NCBI RefSeq assembly: GCF_963921235.1
Contig: NC_086097.1
Coordinates: 94,614,001-94,678,000, forward strand
Direction: 5' to 3'
Length of the DNA: 64,000 bases
Origin: Mobula hypostoma
Lineage: Eukaryota
A program made the position numbers and the translations under genes. Under the pieces are notes generated by a model that ran no database searches, had not been told where the DNA came from, and was given only the letters and a program-made list of their open reading frames with translations. This document shows positions 61,011 through 64,000 of this stretch, in pieces (position 1 is the stretch's first letter; each line of letters opens with the position of its first letter).

Positions 61011-61609
61011 ACCCTGAGTAGAGTGTTTATTTACTTATTGAGATATAGTGTAGAGTAGGCCCTTCCTGACCTTTAGACATCACCAACCAGCAATCCCCCA
61101 GTTTAACCCTAGTCGAATCACTGAGCAGCCTACAATGACCAATTAACCTACTAACCGGTATGCCTCTGGCCGGAGCACTCAGAGAAAATCCACATATTTC
61201 ACGTGGAGGACGTATAGACCCTTTAGAGAGGACGTCGGAAATGAACTCTGACCTCCGATGCCCTGAGCTGTAGTTGCACTGCGCTAACCACTTCCTTACC
61301 ATGGTGCCCCAGATGTGTCCTTGACAGCAATACATTTGAACTTGCTTCCTCTTGATTGGCAGGGGATGTGTGGCCATTCGGAGCTTAGTCCAATCCTATC
61401 ATAAGAGAGTAACCAAGATGTCCCAGAGTTGATCCAAATCCCTAGCGCCCATGCCCATGTTCCATTCACCACCTTTCTTGTGCTCTTGAACTTGGCTACT
61501 AGTCTGACAATACATTGATTGTAAAATTCCAGTCCTTGCTTATAAAGCAACACACATAAAAGTTGCTGGTGAACGCAGCAGGCCAGGCAGCATCTCTAGG
61601 AAGAGGTGC

Positions 61610-61645
61610 AGTCGACGCTTCAGGCCGAGACCCTTCGTCAGGACT
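61610..61645 (-). ncRNA. Minimal hammerhead ribozyme motif with one core substitution (GAAA to GAAG)
   Basis: Minus strand AGTC-CTGACGA-AGG(GTCTCGG)CCT-GAAG-CG-TC-GACT. Confidence 0.72.
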
Positions 61646-61930
61646 AACTGAAGGAAGAGTGAGTAAGGGATTTGAAAGTTGGAGGGGGAGGGGGAGATCC
61701 AAAATGATAGGAGAAGACAGGAGGGGGAGGGATGGAGCCAAGAGCTGGACAGGTGATAGGCAAAAGGAATAAGAGAGGATCATGGGACAGGAGGTCTGGG
61801 AAGAAAGACAAGGGGGGGGGGACCCAGAGGATGGGCAAGAGGTATATTCAGAGGGAGAAAAAGGAGAGTGAGAGAAAGAATGTGTGTATAAAAATAAGTA
61901 ACAGATGGGGTACGAGGGGGAGGTGGGGCA

Positions 61931-64000
61931 TTAGCGGAAGTTAGAGAAGTCGATGTTCATGCCATCAGGTTGGAGGCTACCCAGACGGAATATAAGGTGT
62001 TGTTCCTCCAACCTGAGTGTGGCTTCATCTTTACAGTAGAGGAGGCCGTGGATAGACATGTCAGAATGGGAATGGGATGTGGAATTAAAATGTGTGGTCA
62101 CTGGGAGATCCTGCTTTCTCTGGCGGACAGAGCGTAGGTGTTCAGCAAAGCTGTCTCCCAGTTTGCGTCGGGTCTCGCCAACATATAAAAGGCCACATCG
62201 GGAGCACCGGACGCAGTATATCACCCCAGCCAACTCACAGGTGAAGTGTTGTCTCACCTGGAAGGACTGTTTGGGGCCCTGAATGGTGGTAAGGGAGGAA
62301 GTGTAAGGGCATGTGTAGCACTTGTTCTGCTTACACGGGTAAGTGCCAGGAGGGAGATCAGTGGGGAGGGATGGAGGGGACAAATGGACAAGGGAGTTGC
62401 GTAGGGAGCGATCCCTGCGGAATGCAGAGAGAGGGGGGGAGGGAAAGATATGCTTAGTGGTGGGATCCCGTTGGAGGTGGCGGAAGTTACGGAGAATAAT
62501 ATGTTGGACCCGGAGGCTGGTGGGGTGGTAGGTGAGGACCAGGGGAACCCTATTCCTAGTGGGGTGGTGGGAGGATGGAGTGAGAGCAGATGTACGTGAA
62601 ATGGGGGAGATGCGTTTAAGAGCAGAGTTGATAGTGGAGGAAGGGAAGCCCCTTTCTTTAAAAAAGGAAGACATCTCCCTCGTCCTAGAATGAAAAGCCT
62701 CATCCTGAAAGCAGATGCGGCGGAGACGGAGGAATTGCGAGAAGGGGATGGCGTTTTTGCAAGAGACAGGATGAAAAGAGGAATAGTCCAGATAGCTGTG
62801 AGAGTCAGTAGGCTTATAGTAGACATCAGTGGATAAGCTGTCTCCAGAGACAGAGACAGAGACAGAAAGATCTAGAAAGGGGAGGGAGGTGTCGGAAATG
62901 GACCAGGTAAACTTGAGGACAGGGTGAAAGTTGGAGGCAAAGTTAATAAAGTCAACGAGCTCTGCATGCGTGCAGGAAGCAGCGCCAATGCAGTCGTCGA
63001 TGTAGCGAAGGAAAAGTGGGGGACAGATACCAGAATAGGCACGGAACATAGATTGTTCCACAAACCCAACAAAAAGGCAGGCATAGCTAGGACCCATACG
63101 GGTGCCCATAGCTACACCTTTAGTTTGGAGGAAGTGGGAGGAGCCAAAGGAGAAATTATTAAGAGTAAGGACTAATTCTGCTAGACGGAGCAGAGTGGTG
63201 GTAGAGGGGAACTGATTAGGTCTGGAATCCAAAAAGAAGCGGAGAGCTTTGAGACCTTCCTGATGGGGGATGGAAGTATATAAGGACTGGACATCCATGG
63301 TGAAAATAAAGCGGTGGGGGCCAGGGAACTTAAAATCATCGAAAAGTTTAAGAACGTGAGAAGTGTCACGAACATAGGTAGGAAGGGATTGAACAAGGGG
63401 GGATAAAACCGTGTCGAGGTATGCAGAAACGAGTTCGGTGGGGCAGGAGCAAGCTGAGACAATAGGTCTGCCAGGACAGGCAGGTTTGTGGATCTTGGGT
63501 AGGAGGTAGAAACGGGAAGTGCGGGGTGTGGGAACTATAAGGTTGGTAGCAGTGGATGGGAGATCCCCTGAGCGGATAAAGTCAGTGATGGTGTGGGAGA
63601 CAATGGCCTGGTGCTCCTTAGTGGGGTCACGATCGAGGGGTAAATAAGAGGAGGTATCCGCGAGTTGTCGCTGTGCCTCGGCAAGGTAGAGGTCAGTACA
63701 CCAGACTACAACAGCACCCCCCTTATCAGCGGGTTTAATAATAAGGTTAGGATTAGTGCGGAGGGAGTGGAGAGCAGAGCGTTCCGAAGGAGTGAGGTTG
63801 GAATGGGGACAAGGTGCAGTGAAGTCGAGACGGTTGATGTCCCGTCGGCAGTTAGCAATAAAGAGATCCAGAGCAGGCAGAAGACCAGAGCGGGGTGTCC
63901 ATGAAGAAGAGGAGGGTTGAAGACAGGAGAAGGGGTCATCGGTGGGGGTGGAAGAGTCCTTGCCGAAGAAGTAGGCTCGGAGACGGAGACGGCAGAAGAA
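61931..64000 (-). CDS. Penelope-like element ORF: reverse transcriptase + Cys linker + GIY-YIG endonuclease (at least 689 aa, 5' end outside the window)
   Basis: Manual translation extends ORF 61931-63298 without stops to 64000: KPADKGG, YLLPKIHK, RPIVS, DVQSLYT, QTKGVAMG, RYIDD, CKQNKCYTC, VIY...C..C...YVGET. Confidence 0.92.
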   Translation of the reverse strand, partial: FFCRLRLRAYFFGKDSSTPTDDPFSCLQPSSSSWTPRSGLLPALDLFIANCRRDINRLDFTAPCPHSNLTPSERSALHSLRTNPNLIIKPADKGGAVVVWCTDLYLAEAQRQLADTSSYLPLDRDPTKEHQAIVSHTITDFIRSGDLPSTATNLIVPTPRTSRFYLLPKIHKPACPGRPIVSACSCPTELVSAYLDTVLSPLVQSLPTYVRDTSHVLKLFDDFKFPGPHRFIFTMDVQSLYTSIPHQEGLKALRFFLDSRPNQFPSTTTLLRLAELVLTLNNFSFGSSHFLQTKGVAMGTRMGPSYACLFVGFVEQSMFRAYSGICPPLFLRYIDDCIGAASCTHAELVDFINFASNFHPVLKFTWSISDTSLPFLDLSVSVSVSGDSLSTDVYYKPTDSHSYLDYSSFHPVSCKNAIPFSQFLRLRRICFQDEAFHSRTREMSSFFKERGFPSSTINSALKRISPISRTSALTPSSHHPTRNRVPLVLTYHPTSLRVQHIILRNFRHLQRDPTTKHIFPSPPLSAFRRDRSLRNSLVHLSPPSLPTDLPPGTYPCKQNKCYTCPYTSSLTTIQGPKQSFQVRQHFTCELAGVIYCVRCSRCGLLYVGETRRKLGDSFAEHLRSVRQRKQDLPVTTHFNSTSHSHSDMSIHGLLYCKDEATLRLEEQHLIFRLGSLQPDGMNIDFSNFR

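Larger units (their letters stand above)
61543..64000 (-). mobile_element. Young Penelope-like retroelement (Neptune-type), running off the window end
   Basis: Long RT + GIY-YIG ORF followed by a pyrimidine-rich UTR and a pseudo-LTR with a hammerhead motif. Confidence 0.95.

Overview
This is eukaryotic, repeat-dominated vertebrate DNA. The repeat families (CR1 LINEs, HE1/V-SINE-like SINEs, Rex1/Babar, Tx1, Neptune-type Penelope-like elements) point to a cartilaginous fish, probably a ray; that taxonomic call is an inference. No host protein-coding gene, rRNA, tRNA gene or CRISPR array can be supported, so the window looks intronic or intergenic, and nearly all long ORFs derive from transposons or tandem repeats. 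Main content: four large CR1 copies, a Penelope-like element (RT + GIY-YIG) whose frame is open for at least 689 aa up to the window edge, a second decayed Penelope-like copy, a decayed full-length hAT element, several hAT and Tc1-type MITEs, two independent solo LTRs, an old Tx1 LINE split by nested insertions, several SINE types and six minisatellites outside the LTRs. The best lead is a set of minimal type-I hammerhead ribozyme motifs in Penelope pseudo-LTR fragments: one has an intact core (32241-32278) and one has a single core change (61610-61645). This is a known class of ribozyme; I cannot demonstrate a wholly new system from sequence alone. Family names come from motif recognition, not database searches, and boundaries without a TSD are approximate.
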